Origin: Alphaproteobacteria bacterium
GTDB lineage: Bacteria > Pseudomonadota > Alphaproteobacteria > Reyranellales > Reyranellaceae
Length of the DNA: 64,000 nt
Reading direction: 5' to 3'
Assembly (NCBI GenBank): GCA_947474005.1
Contig: CANJHI010000007.1
Coordinates: 4,070 to 68,069, forward strand
Part shown: positions 1-9,406 of the stretch, in pieces
How positions within the stretch are numbered: the stretch's first letter is position 1
Layout: the number at the start of each line of letters is the position of its first letter
Notes under the pieces: model-generated
The model's input: the letters and a program-made list of their open reading frames with translations, nothing else
The model's database searches: none
What the model was told of the DNA's origin: nothing
Made by a program: the position numbers and the translations under genes

Positions 1-2
1 GC

Positions 3-1172
3 TACGCGACCGGCGTCCTTGCCGCGTCGGGCACGATCACGCAGCTCGTTCCGCCTTCCCTGGTTTTGGTCGTCCTGGCCGACCAGCTCGGCCGCTCGGT
101 CGGCGATATGTATCTCGGCGCCTGGGGCCCCTCGCTGCTCCAGATCGCCATATTCGCCGCCTACACGTTCTATGTATCGGTCACCCGGCCTGAGGCATTG
201 CCGCCGGTACCACGAACGCTGTTCGGCAAGGCCCTGCTGATCAAGTGCGCCTGGGGCATCATCCCGGCTGCCATCCTGATCTTCCTCGTCCTTGGCACCA
301 TTATGATGGGCCTGGCCACGCCGACCGAAGCCGGCGCCATGGGCACCATCGGGGCTATCGTTCTGGCCGTGGTGCGCAATGCCCCTCTGACCAAGTTCGA
401 CCGCACGATGTTCATCGGTGGCTGCGTTGCCTCCATCGTTGGAGTGCTGATCGGCATGGTCGCCTTCAAGTCGATTCCGTTCAAGATCGCCTTCACCGTC
501 ATGTTCGCATCGGTCATCTGGCTGTGCTGGCGGGCGTGGCAATTCAAGGACCTGCGCGACCTCATCATCCAGGCGATGAACGCGACGATGCGCATTACCG
601 CGATGGTTGCCTTCATCCTGGTCGGCGCGACCTGCTTCTCGATTACCTTCGCCGGTGTGGACGGCAACAAGTGGGTCGAACATCTGATGTCGAACCTGCC
701 AGGCGGCGTCTGGGGCTTCCTGATCGTCGTCAATCTGTTCATCTTCTTCCTGGCGTTCTTCCTCGATTTCTTCGAGATCGCCTTCATCATCGTGCCGATG
801 CTGGCGCCGGTGGCGCAGAAGCTGCTCGCACCGGTGGTCGGTGCCGACGCCGCCCTGATCTGGTTCGGCGTCATGATCTGCGTCAACGTGCAGACCTCGT
901 TCATGCACCCGCCCTTCGGCTTCGCCCTGTTCTACCTGCGCAGCGTCGCGCCCAAGGAAGTGAAGAGTTCCGACATCTACTGGGGCTCGATCCCCTGGGT
1001 GCTGCTGCAGCTCATCATGGTGGCGATCGTGATCTTCGTGCCGCAGACAGTGACGATCTTCCTCGACAAGCCGAGCGGCGTCGACCCGAGCACGGTCAAG
1101 ATCGAGATCCAGGCGCCGCCCTCGGAAGACAGCGCTCCGCCAATCTTCGGCACTCCACCGCCCAAGAACTGA
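3..1172 (+). CDS. dctM: TRAP transporter large permease DctM (5' end lies outside the window)
   Basis: Frame is open from the window start (YATGVLAASGTITQLVPPSLVLVVLADQL); DctM motifs ATPTEAGAMG and QTSFMHPPFGFALFYLRSVAP; multi-TM; COG4664 type. Confidence 0.93.
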   Translation, partial: YATGVLAASGTITQLVPPSLVLVVLADQLGRSVGDMYLGAWGPSLLQIAIFAAYTFYVSVTRPEALPPVPRTLFGKALLIKCAWGIIPAAILIFLVLGTIMMGLATPTEAGAMGTIGAIVLAVVRNAPLTKFDRTMFIGGCVASIVGVLIGMVAFKSIPFKIAFTVMFASVIWLCWRAWQFKDLRDLIIQAMNATMRITAMVAFILVGATCFSITFAGVDGNKWVEHLMSNLPGGVWGFLIVVNLFIFFLAFFLDFFEIAFIIVPMLAPVAQKLLAPVVGADAALIWFGVMICVNVQTSFMHPPFGFALFYLRSVAPKEVKSSDIYWGSIPWVLLQLIMVAIVIFVPQTVTIFLDKPSGVDPSTVKIEIQAPPSEDSAPPIFGTPPPKN

Positions 1173-1196
1173 GCGGCCCCCAAAAGAACCGGCAAC

Positions 1197-1230
1197 AAAA
1201 AAGCCCCGCCTTTCGGCGGGGCTTTCTTTT
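1197..1230. terminator. Bidirectional intrinsic terminator between dctM and dctP1
   Basis: A6-GCCCCGCC-tttc-GGCGGGGC-TTTCTTTT between convergent genes. Confidence 0.88.
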
Positions 1231-1275
1231 GGTGTGCTTTCTTTTGGTGTGACAGTCCGCGACGTCTAGCGTCCC

Positions 1276-2379
1276 TTAACGTCCCTGGGCCGACATCGAG
1301 AAGTTGAAGTTGTCGAAGGTGTTCTCGGCGACGCGGAACCACAGGTTCTCGTCGGACCGGAACGACTTCAGGCTGTCGTAGATCTTCTTGAACTTCGGAT
1401 CCTTGGCCGAGAGTTCGTCGTAGTACTTGTAGGACTCGAGGAAGCACGGCTCGAGGACGGCGCGCGGGAACGGGCGCAGTTCGGTGCCAGCCGCCACCAG
1501 GCGACGCAGCGCCGGCGGATTGCCGGCGTCGTACTTCGGCACCATCCAGGAGGTGACGCGGCCAGCCGCTGCTTCGACCATCGCCTGATAAGGCTTGGGC
1601 AGCTTCGCCCAGGCATCATTGTTGATGTAAAGCGAGCCGACCGACGCGCCTTCCCACCAACCGGGATAGTAGTAGTACTTGGCGACCTTGTTGAAGCCGA
1701 GCTTCTCGTCGTCGTAAGGACCGACCCATTCGCAGGCGTCGATCGTGCCCTTCTCGAGCGCCGGATAGATGTCGCCGCCCGCGATCTGCTGCGGCACGAC
1801 GCCAAGGCGCGTGAGGATCAGGCCGGCGAAGCCGCCGACGCGGAACTTCAGCCCCTTCATGTCGTCCATCGTCTTGATTTCCTTGCGGAACCAGCCGCCC
1901 ATCTGGCAGCCGGTGCCGCCGAAGGTGAAGGAGCGGAAATTGTACTCCTTGTAGAATTCGTTGATCAGCTCGTGGCCGCCGCCGAATTCCAGCCAGGCGT
2001 AGTACTGCCGCTGGTTCATCGAGAACGGCAGGCCGGTCTCGAACACGAAATTCGGGTGCTTGCCGAAGTAGTAGTAGGCGGCGGTCTGTCCTGCTTCGAC
2101 GGTGCCGTTTTGCACGGCGTCGGCAACCTGCAGGCCTGGGACGATTTCGCCGGCAGCGAACGGCCGAACCTGGAACTTGTTGTCCGACATTTCGGCGATG
2201 ATCTTGGCGAACAGTTCGGAGCCGCCATACAGCGTATCGAGCGACTTCGGGAAGCTCGACGTCAGACGCCACTTCACTTCCGGCATACTCTGCGCAATGG
2301 CCGGCGACGCCACAGTCGATATCGCCGCAACACCCGCAGCACCAACACCTGCGGTCTTGATAAACTTCCTACGCTTCAT
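1276..2379 (-). CDS. dctP: TRAP substrate-binding protein, TakP/FcbT1 (keto-acid/monocarboxylate) type, paralogue 1
   Basis: Tat signal MKRRKFIK; WRLTSSFPKSLD, KFRVGG, ALEKGTIDACEWVGPYDD, YYYYPGWWEG. Confidence 0.93.
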   Translation of the reverse strand: MKRRKFIKTAGVGAAGVAAISTVASPAIAQSMPEVKWRLTSSFPKSLDTLYGGSELFAKIIAEMSDNKFQVRPFAAGEIVPGLQVADAVQNGTVEAGQTAAYYYFGKHPNFVFETGLPFSMNQRQYYAWLEFGGGHELINEFYKEYNFRSFTFGGTGCQMGGWFRKEIKTMDDMKGLKFRVGGFAGLILTRLGVVPQQIAGGDIYPALEKGTIDACEWVGPYDDEKLGFNKVAKYYYYPGWWEGASVGSLYINNDAWAKLPKPYQAMVEAAAGRVTSWMVPKYDAGNPPALRRLVAAGTELRPFPRAVLEPCFLESYKYYDELSAKDPKFKKIYDSLKSFRSDENLWFRVAENTFDNFNFSMSAQGR

Positions 2380-2431
2380 CTCTCAGTTCCTCCCTTACAG
2401 GACGCTTTAATAGCTCCCCTTCAACGTCGGA

Positions 2432-2460
2432 AGACTGGCATGCGGAATTCAATTTGGAAA
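2432..2460 (-). promoter_or_regulatory. Putative sigma70-type promoter of dctP1
   Basis: TTTCCA-N17-CAGTCT on the minus strand; same layout as upstream of dctP2 and dctP3. Confidence 0.35.
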
Positions 2461-2478
2461 GCGTCACACCACATGAAC

Positions 2479-2506
2479 AAAGAAAACCCCGCCGGAGCGG
2501 GGTTTT
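2479..2506 (-). terminator. Intrinsic terminator of dctP2
   Basis: AAAACCCCGC-cgga-GCGGGGTTTT hairpin, followed by a U-rich run on the minus strand. Confidence 0.82.
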
Positions 2507-2531
2507 CACGTCTGCGGTTGCGGTTAAAGGT

Positions 2532-3626
2532 CTAGACCTTGCCGGCGCCGTACATGCGGGCCATGAAGCCGTCGAAACCGCCTTCCGCGATGCGGGACCA
2601 CAGAACCTGTTCCGACCGGTAGGGTTTCCAGACATCCCAGACCTTCTTGAATTTCAGGTTCTTGGCCACGATCTCGTTGCAGACTTCGTTGGTTGCGTTG
2701 AAGGACGCCTCGAGCACCGCCGTCGGGAACGGCAGGAGTTTGACGCCGCTGGCCACCAGCCGCCGCAGCGCGGCGGGATTGCCATCGTCGTACTTAGCCA
2801 GCATCCACAAGGTCACCTCATTGGCCGATACTTCGATCGCCTTCTGATAGACCGGTGGCAGCGCCGCCCATGATTTGGCGTTGATGTAGGCCGTACCCAT
2901 GCCGGTGCCCTCCCACCAACCCGGATAGTAGTAATACGGCGCGACCTTGTTGAAGCCGAGCTTCTCGTCGTCGTACGGCCCCACCCATTCGGCCGCATCG
3001 ATCGTGCCCTTCTCCAATGCGGGATAGATGTCGCCACCGGGGATCTGTTGCGCGATCACACCCAGCTTGCCCAGGATCTGGCCGGCGAACCCGCCGACGC
3101 GGAACTTGAGGCCCTTGAGGTCGTCGACCGTCTTGATTTCCTTGCGATACCAGCCGCCCATCTGCGCGCCGGTGCCGCCCATCATGTGGCCGACTACACC
3201 ATAGTCCTTGTAGAACTCGTCCATCGCCTGGCGGCCGCCGCCGTGCATCCACCACGCCACGTGCTGGCGGCTGTTCAGCCCGAACGGCACTGCGGTGTCG
3301 AAGGTGAAGGTGATGTCCTTGCCGATGTAGTAGTAGGCGGCGGTCTGTCCGATCTCGACGGTGCCGTTCTGGACGGCGTCGAGAACCTGGAAGCCCGGGA
3401 CGATCTCGCCCGACGCAAACGGCGTGATCTTGAATTTGCCGTCGGTGATCTCACTGACGCGCCGGCAGAAATGCTCGGCACCGCCAAAAAGCGTGTCGAG
3501 CGACTTGGGGAAACTCGACGTCAGGCGCCACTTGAGTTCAGGCATGCCCTGAGCCAGGGCCGGTGCCGCCACCGTCGTGGCAGCAGCGCCTACGCCGGCA
3601 GTCTTCAAAAATTTGCGACGTTGCAT
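2532..3626 (-). CDS. dctP: TRAP substrate-binding protein, paralogue 2
   Basis: MQRRKFLK Tat signal; same DctP motifs as paralogue 1. Confidence 0.93.
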   Translation of the reverse strand: MQRRKFLKTAGVGAAATTVAAPALAQGMPELKWRLTSSFPKSLDTLFGGAEHFCRRVSEITDGKFKITPFASGEIVPGFQVLDAVQNGTVEIGQTAAYYYIGKDITFTFDTAVPFGLNSRQHVAWWMHGGGRQAMDEFYKDYGVVGHMMGGTGAQMGGWYRKEIKTVDDLKGLKFRVGGFAGQILGKLGVIAQQIPGGDIYPALEKGTIDAAEWVGPYDDEKLGFNKVAPYYYYPGWWEGTGMGTAYINAKSWAALPPVYQKAIEVSANEVTLWMLAKYDDGNPAALRRLVASGVKLLPFPTAVLEASFNATNEVCNEIVAKNLKFKKVWDVWKPYRSEQVLWSRIAEGGFDGFMARMYGAGKV

Positions 3627-3665
3627 GATGTCCCTCCCTAAGGGCCTTTTGTTGTATGCCGAGCA

Positions 3666-3719
3666 TTTATTCCACCCAGCGGAATCAGCCTGCCACGCAA
3701 AACCCCAATTGGCAAAGGG
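3666..3719 (-). promoter_or_regulatory. Conserved upstream element/promoter of dctP2
   Basis: TTGCCA-N17-CAGGCT followed by GATTCCGCTG...GGAATAAA; near-identical block upstream of dctP3. Confidence 0.5.
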
Positions 3720-3721
3720 AC

Positions 3722-3750
3722 AAAGAAAAGCCCCGCCAAAGCGGGGCTTT
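3722..3750 (-). terminator. Intrinsic terminator of dctP3
   Basis: AAAAGCCCCGC-caaa-GCGGGGCTTT. Confidence 0.82.
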
Positions 3751-3773
3751 CCATCGAACCGGACGGTTTGGTT

Positions 3774-4880
3774 CTAGAGCTTGTTGGCCCCCGACTGGCG
3801 CGCCATGAAACTATCGAAGGTGAACTCGGCAACGCGGAACCACAGGATCTCCTCGTTGCGGAACGGCCTCCAGTTTTCGTAGACCTTCTTGAACTTAGGG
3901 TTCTTCGCCGAGATCTCGGCGTAGAGTTCGTTGGACGCGTTGAAGGCGGCTTCCATCACCGACTGCGGGAACGGCATCAGCTTGGTGCCCGCCGCCATCA
4001 GCTCGCGCAGCGCCTTGGGATTCTCCGCGTCGTACTTGGAGAGCATCAGGGCCTGCGCCCTGGCGGCTGCCGCCTGGATGACGGACTGATAGGCCTTCGG
4101 CAGCTCGTTCCACTTCGCGAGGTTGACGTAGGCCGAGGTCTGCGGGCCGCCTTCCCACCAGCCGGGATAGTAGTAATACGGCGCGATCTTGTTGAAGCCG
4201 AGCTTCTGGTCGTCGTACGGACCGACCCATTCGGCGGCATCGATCGTGCCTTTCTCAAGCGCCGGATAGATGTCGCCGCCGGCGATCTGCTGCGGCACCG
4301 AGCCGAGCTTGGCGCAGACCATGCCCGCGATGCCGGCGATGCGGAACTTCAGGCCCTTCATGTCCTCGGGAGTCTTGATCTCCTTGCGGAACCAGCCGCC
4401 CATCTGCGCGCCAGTGTTGCCGCAGGGAATCGAGATGGTGTTGTAGTCCTTGTAGACCTCGGCCAGCAGCTCCTTGCCGCCGCCATAGTTCATCCAGGCC
4501 TCCTGCTGGCGCGCGTTCATGCCGAACGGCAGCGTCGTGTCGAAAGCCAGCGTCGGGTCCTTGCCGATGTAGTAGGTGCCGGCCGAGTGGCCCATCTCGA
4601 CCGTGCCGTTCTGCACGGCGTCGAGCACCTGCAGGCCGGGCACGATCTCGCCCGAAGCGAAGATGCGGACCTGGAACTTGTTGTCCGTCATCTCGCCGAT
4701 GAACTTGGCGAAGTTCTCGCCGGCGCCGTACAGCGTGTCGAGCGACTTGGGGAAGCTCGATGCCAGACGCCATTTGAGTTCTGGCATCGACTGGGCAATT
4801 GCCGGCGCGGCAAGCGCTGTTGAAACGGCGACGGCGGCACCACCGGCACCCGCGTTACGCAGGAATTTACGACGTTGCAT
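3774..4880 (-). CDS. dctP: TRAP substrate-binding protein, paralogue 3
   Basis: MQRRKFLR Tat signal; KFRIAG; YYYYPGWWEG. Confidence 0.93.
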   Translation of the reverse strand: MQRRKFLRNAGAGGAAVAVSTALAAPAIAQSMPELKWRLASSFPKSLDTLYGAGENFAKFIGEMTDNKFQVRIFASGEIVPGLQVLDAVQNGTVEMGHSAGTYYIGKDPTLAFDTTLPFGMNARQQEAWMNYGGGKELLAEVYKDYNTISIPCGNTGAQMGGWFRKEIKTPEDMKGLKFRIAGIAGMVCAKLGSVPQQIAGGDIYPALEKGTIDAAEWVGPYDDQKLGFNKIAPYYYYPGWWEGGPQTSAYVNLAKWNELPKAYQSVIQAAAARAQALMLSKYDAENPKALRELMAAGTKLMPFPQSVMEAAFNASNELYAEISAKNPKFKKVYENWRPFRNEEILWFRVAEFTFDSFMARQSGANKL

Positions 4881-4916
4881 GTTTGATCCTCCCAGATCAT
4901 TTTTGTCTGTCGGATT

Positions 4917-4969
4917 TTTATTCCGATCAGCAGAATCAGCCTGCCACTCCGGGATGGGTTTGCAAAGGG
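4917..4969 (-). promoter_or_regulatory. Conserved upstream element/promoter of dctP3
   Basis: TTGCAA-N16-CAGGCT followed by GATTCTGCTG...GGAATAAA. Confidence 0.5.
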
Positions 4970-4976
4970 CCCGGCC

Positions 4977-5007
4977 AAAGAAAAAGCCCCGCAGAAGCGG
5001 GGCTTTT
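4977..5007 (-). terminator. Intrinsic terminator of dctP4
   Basis: AAAAAGCCCCGC-agaa-GCGGGGCTTTT. Confidence 0.82.
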
Positions 5008-5033
5008 ACATCGAGTGCACTGGGTATGAAACG

Positions 5034-6140
5034 CTAGAGCTTATTGGCTGCCGACTGCCGGGCCATGAAGTTGTCGAACGTGTTCTCGACGACACGGAAC
5101 CACAGCACCTCTTCGCTGCGGAATGGCTTCCACGAGTCGAACACCTTCTTGAACTTAGGGTTCTTGGCCACGGTCTCGGCATAGAGCTCGTTGGCGGCGT
5201 TGAAGCAGGCTTCCATCACCGGCTGGGGGAACGGCAGGAACTTGGTTCCTGCGGCAACCAGCTCACGCAGCGCCCGGGGATTGAGCGAGTCGTACTTGGC
5301 CACCGACTTCACATTGGTCTCGCCTGCGGCGCTGGCGATCGCCTCCTTGTAGAGGGCCGGAAGCGCGTCGTAGGCCTTCAGGCCAACGTAGAGTGACAGG
5401 GCCGCGCTGCCTTCCCACCAACCGGGGTAATAGTAATACGGCGCGACCTTGTTGAAGCCAAGCTTCTGGTCGTCGTAAGGACCGACCCACTCAGCAGCGT
5501 CGATCGTGCCCTTCTCCAGCGCCGGATAAATCTCGCCGCCAGCCAGCTGCTGCGGGATGACGCCGAGCTTGGAAAGTACCTGCCCGGCAAAACCGCCGAT
5601 GCGCATCTTCACGCCCTTCAGGTCTTCGGGGGTCTTGATCTCCTTGCGCCACCAGCCACCCATCTGGCCACCGGTGTTGCTCATCAGGAAGGACGTCAGA
5701 TTGTAGTCCTTGTAGAACTCGCGCATCAGCTCGAGCCCCCCGCCGTAATAGACCCAGGCATTGTGCTGGCGGGTGTTGAGACCGAACGGCACCGCGGTGT
5801 CGAAGGCGAACGTCGGATCCTTGCCGACGTAGTAGTAGGATGCGGTGTGGCCGCACTCGACGGTCTCATTCTGGACCGCATCGACGACCTGCAAGCCCGG
5901 AACGATTTCGCCAGCGGCGAAAACCCGGATCTGGAACTTGTTGTCGGTGAGGGCGGCGACGCGCTTGGCGAAGTCCTCGCCGGCGCCATAGATCGTGTCG
6001 AGCGACTTCGGGAAGCTCGAGGCCAGGCGCCACTTGATCTCGGGCATCGACTGGGCGATTGCCGGCGCGGCAAGCGTACTGGCGGCAGCGACAGCGGCGC
6101 CGCCGACACCGGCGGTGCGCAGGAATTTGCGACGTTGCAT
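5034..6140 (-). CDS. dctP: TRAP substrate-binding protein, paralogue 4
   Basis: MQRRKFLR Tat signal; KMRIGG; YYYYPGWWEG. Confidence 0.93.
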   Translation of the reverse strand: MQRRKFLRTAGVGGAAVAAASTLAAPAIAQSMPEIKWRLASSFPKSLDTIYGAGEDFAKRVAALTDNKFQIRVFAAGEIVPGLQVVDAVQNETVECGHTASYYYVGKDPTFAFDTAVPFGLNTRQHNAWVYYGGGLELMREFYKDYNLTSFLMSNTGGQMGGWWRKEIKTPEDLKGVKMRIGGFAGQVLSKLGVIPQQLAGGEIYPALEKGTIDAAEWVGPYDDQKLGFNKVAPYYYYPGWWEGSAALSLYVGLKAYDALPALYKEAIASAAGETNVKSVAKYDSLNPRALRELVAAGTKFLPFPQPVMEACFNAANELYAETVAKNPKFKKVFDSWKPFRSEEVLWFRVVENTFDNFMARQSAANKL

Positions 6141-6297
6141 CGAGGAATCTCCCTAATGGGTTGTTACTTGAGAGTTTAATTTCGCTACGCGAACTAGCGA
6201 TGATGGCGCGTTTATCGCACGCCCCAATAGTGATGGAAAGTGCATTGCAGGACATACGCACAATGCCGAAAGCTCAATGCTTTCAACGCTAAATGCC

Positions 6298-7104
6298 TCA
6301 GCGCACAAGCAGAAAAATGAGCGCCGCGCCGCCCACAACGATTCGATACCAGGCAAAAACCGCGAAGCCGTGACGACTGATGAACCGAACGAAAGCCCCG
6401 ACGACGATGGCGGCTGAAATGAACGCCACCGCGAACCCCAGGGCGATCACCACGCCATGGTCCCAGCTCAGCACGGACCAATTTTTGTAGAGATCATAGA
6501 CGGTCGCGCCGACCATGGTCGGGATGGCGAGGAAGAACGAAAACTCCGCCGCTGCCGCCCGGTCGACGCGAAAGACGCGCGCGCCCATGATCGTCGCACC
6601 GGCACGCGACACACCAGGCACCATGGCAAGGCACTGGCAGAGACCGATCAGGAAAGCCGTCTTGAGGTCGACGTCATCGACCGACTTGATGCGCGGACGC
6701 TGCGCGAAGCGCTCGATGACGAGGATGGCCACGCCGCCCACGATCAGCGCGATCGCCACGACCATCGGGTTGAAGAGCACCGACTTGATGTAGCTGTGCG
6801 CAGCCACACCGACGACGGCCGCCGGCAGGAAGGCAACGACGATCGCGGCCGCGAACCGGATGGCGCGCTTGTCGCGCCCGAGAATGCCTGTTGCGGTATT
6901 CCAGAGCTTTTGACGGTAGAGAAAACACACCGCGAGGATCGCGCCGAGCTGGATCACGATCTCGAAGACCTTGCCGGGCGGACCCTGGAAGTTCAGCAAC
7001 TCCTCGGCCAGGATGATGTGACCCGTCGAGGAAACCGGAAGGAACTCGGTGAGGCCCTCGACGACGCCGATCAGCACCGTCTTCCAGATCAGCGTCAGGT
7101 CCAT
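6298..7104 (-). CDS. uppP: Undecaprenyl-diphosphate phosphatase
   Basis: GVVEGLTEFLPVSSTGH and PGVSRAGATI motifs; ATG at 7104 follows an AAGGA RBS (alternative TTG at 7113). Confidence 0.95.
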   Translation of the reverse strand: MDLTLIWKTVLIGVVEGLTEFLPVSSTGHIILAEELLNFQGPPGKVFEIVIQLGAILAVCFLYRQKLWNTATGILGRDKRAIRFAAAIVVAFLPAAVVGVAAHSYIKSVLFNPMVVAIALIVGGVAILVIERFAQRPRIKSVDDVDLKTAFLIGLCQCLAMVPGVSRAGATIMGARVFRVDRAAAAEFSFFLAIPTMVGATVYDLYKNWSVLSWDHGVVIALGFAVAFISAAIVVGAFVRFISRHGFAVFAWYRIVVGGAALIFLLVR

Positions 7105-7109
7105 GCCCG

Positions 7110-9353
7110 TCAATCCTTGAAGCGTTTGGCGCGCGGCCAGCCCTTTTCCGGCAGGCGTCCCGCCTGGGCCCGCTCGCCACGCCAGAATTTCAGCTCGCCC
7201 GCCGGGATCAGTCGATTGCCCCAGGGCAGGCCGTCGCCCAGCTTGAAGACCTGCGCATCGGAGAGCCTGTCGGCCTTCGACTTCTGCAAAAGGACACCGC
7301 GGCCGCGGCTCATCTCCGGCACCTGCTCCAGAGGGAAGATCAGGAGCTTCCTGCCCTCGCTCAGCACGGCGATCTGGTCGGCGCCCTCGGGCATGATCGA
7401 AAAGGCCACGGCCCTTTCCTTATCCGAAAGATTGAGCGCCTGCTTGCCGTTCTTGGTCTGCGCGACGACCTCGTCCTCCGGCACCACGAAGCCACGACCG
7501 GCATCCGAGGCGACCAGGAACTTGCGCCCGCCCTTGAACACGTCGAGCTGCACGATGTCATGCTCGTTGCCGAGCTCGATCATCAAGCGGATTGGCTCGC
7601 CGTGGCCGCGTGCGCTCGGCAGCTTGTCACAGGGCAGCGTGTAGAAGCGGCCATTGGTGCCGAACACCAAGATCTTGTCGGTCGACTGGGCGTGGACGGC
7701 GAAGCGCGCACCATCGCCCTCCTTGAACTTGAGGTCGGCTGCCTGCTTGTCGTCGAGATGGCCCTTGGCGGCGCGGATCCAGCCCTTGTCCGAGCAGATC
7801 ACGGTCATGGGCTCGCGCTCGACGAAATCCTCGATCGCGTGCTCGATCTCGACCGGCACGTCGGCGACCTCGGTGCGGCGCTTGCCCAGCGCGGTCTTCT
7901 GGCCGAACTTGGCCTTGGTTTCCTGCACTTGTTCGGCGACCTTGCCCCACTGCAGCTTCTCGTCCTTGAGCAGCGCCTTGAGGTCCTTTTGCTCGGCCGA
8001 GAGTTTCTTGTGCTCGCCCTTGATCTCAAACTCTTCCAGCCGGCGCAACGCGCGTAGCCGCATGTTGAGGATCGCCTCGGCCTGATTGTCGGTCAGCCCG
8101 AAAGCCTTGATCATCTTGGGCTTGGGCTCGTCTTCCTCGCGGATGATCTTGATCAGTCTGTCGAGGTTGAGATAGGCGATCAAATAGCCTTCGAGGATCT
8201 CGAGACGCCGCTCGATCGCCTCGAGTCGGAACGTCGAGCGCCGGATCAGCACCTCGCGGCGATGGTCGAGGTAGGCCTGCAGTGCCTCGCGCAGGTCCAT
8301 TACATGGGGCGTGTTGTCCTTGTCGAGGACGTTCAGGTTAAGCGGGAATCGGATCTCGAGATCAGTCAGCTTGAAGAGCTGCTCCATCAAGAGTTCGGCC
8401 GGCACCTGGCCGGTGCGTGGCTCGAGGACGATGCGGACGTCCTCGGCCGATTCGTCGCGCACATCTTCCAGGATCGGTAGCTTCTTGGCGTTGATGATCT
8501 CGGCAATCCGCTCGATCAGCCGGCCTTTCTGCACTTGGTACGGGATCTCGGTGATGATGATCCGGTACTGGCCGCGCGGCAGCTCTTCCTTGCTCCAACG
8601 CGCGCGCAGCCGGAAGGCGCCGCGGCCGGTCTTGTAAGACTCGACCATCGACTCGCGCGATTCCACCAGGACGCCGCCAGTCGGGAAGTCCGGGCCCTTC
8701 ACCATGTCGACAAGGGTGTCGATGCGTGCGTTTGGCGTCTTGATCAGGTGCAGCAGCGCGTCGCACAGCTCGCCCGCATTGTGCGGCGGAATCGAGGTCG
8801 CCATGCCGACAGCGATGCCGGCCGAGCCATTGGCCAGCAGGTTCGGGAAGCCGCCCGGCAACACGATCGGCTCGTCAGTCGAGCCATCGTAGTTCGGCCG
8901 GAAGTCGACGGCGTTCTCGTCGATGCCACCCAGCAGCGCCTCGGCGACCGCGGTGAGGCGCGCCTCGGTGTAACGCATCGCGGCAGGGTTATCGCCGTCG
9001 ATATTGCCGAAATTGCCCTGGCCCTCGATCAGCGGATAGCGGACGGAGAATTCCTGGGCCAGGCGCACCAGCGCGTCGTAGATCGACTGGTCGCCGTGCG
9101 GATGATACTGGCCGATCACGTCGCCGACCACGCGCGCGCTCTTCTTGAAGGCGCTGTTGGGATCGAGCCGCAGCAGGCGCATGGCGTGCATCAGGCGGCG
9201 ATGCACGGGCTTCAGCCCGTCGCGCACGTCGGGCAGCGAGCGCGACATGATGGTCGACAGCGCATAGGACAGGTAGCGCTCGGAGAGTGCCTGTCCGAAT
9301 TGTACCGGCTTCACGGCGGCGAGCGGAATGACGTTTGTGTTGCGTTTGGCCAT
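7110..9353 (-). CDS. parC: DNA topoisomerase IV subunit A
   Basis: [32 protein letters not shown] catalytic Tyr; 747 aa, lacks GyrA-box length. Confidence 0.95.
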   Translation of the reverse strand: MAKRNTNVIPLAAVKPVQFGQALSERYLSYALSTIMSRSLPDVRDGLKPVHRRLMHAMRLLRLDPNSAFKKSARVVGDVIGQYHPHGDQSIYDALVRLAQEFSVRYPLIEGQGNFGNIDGDNPAAMRYTEARLTAVAEALLGGIDENAVDFRPNYDGSTDEPIVLPGGFPNLLANGSAGIAVGMATSIPPHNAGELCDALLHLIKTPNARIDTLVDMVKGPDFPTGGVLVESRESMVESYKTGRGAFRLRARWSKEELPRGQYRIIITEIPYQVQKGRLIERIAEIINAKKLPILEDVRDESAEDVRIVLEPRTGQVPAELLMEQLFKLTDLEIRFPLNLNVLDKDNTPHVMDLREALQAYLDHRREVLIRRSTFRLEAIERRLEILEGYLIAYLNLDRLIKIIREEDEPKPKMIKAFGLTDNQAEAILNMRLRALRRLEEFEIKGEHKKLSAEQKDLKALLKDEKLQWGKVAEQVQETKAKFGQKTALGKRRTEVADVPVEIEHAIEDFVEREPMTVICSDKGWIRAAKGHLDDKQAADLKFKEGDGARFAVHAQSTDKILVFGTNGRFYTLPCDKLPSARGHGEPIRLMIELGNEHDIVQLDVFKGGRKFLVASDAGRGFVVPEDEVVAQTKNGKQALNLSDKERAVAFSIMPEGADQIAVLSEGRKLLIFPLEQVPEMSRGRGVLLQKSKADRLSDAQVFKLGDGLPWGNRLIPAGELKFWRGERAQAGRLPEKGWPRAKRFKD

Positions 9354-9406
9354 CGATGGGACTGAAGAGGGGACCGACCGCGATTCTAGCCGCGACCATT
9401 GTTATT

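Noticed and set aside
3666-4969. Sigma54 promoters upstream of dctP2 and dctP3 (TGGCAGG...)
   Set aside because: The GG-to-GC spacing is 12, not the strict 10
9090-9110. ParC QRDR with Gln at the Ser80-equivalent position ([10 protein letters not shown]) as acquired quinolone resistance
   Set aside because: Non-Ser residues here are a common natural state in alphaproteobacterial ParC; no evidence of selection
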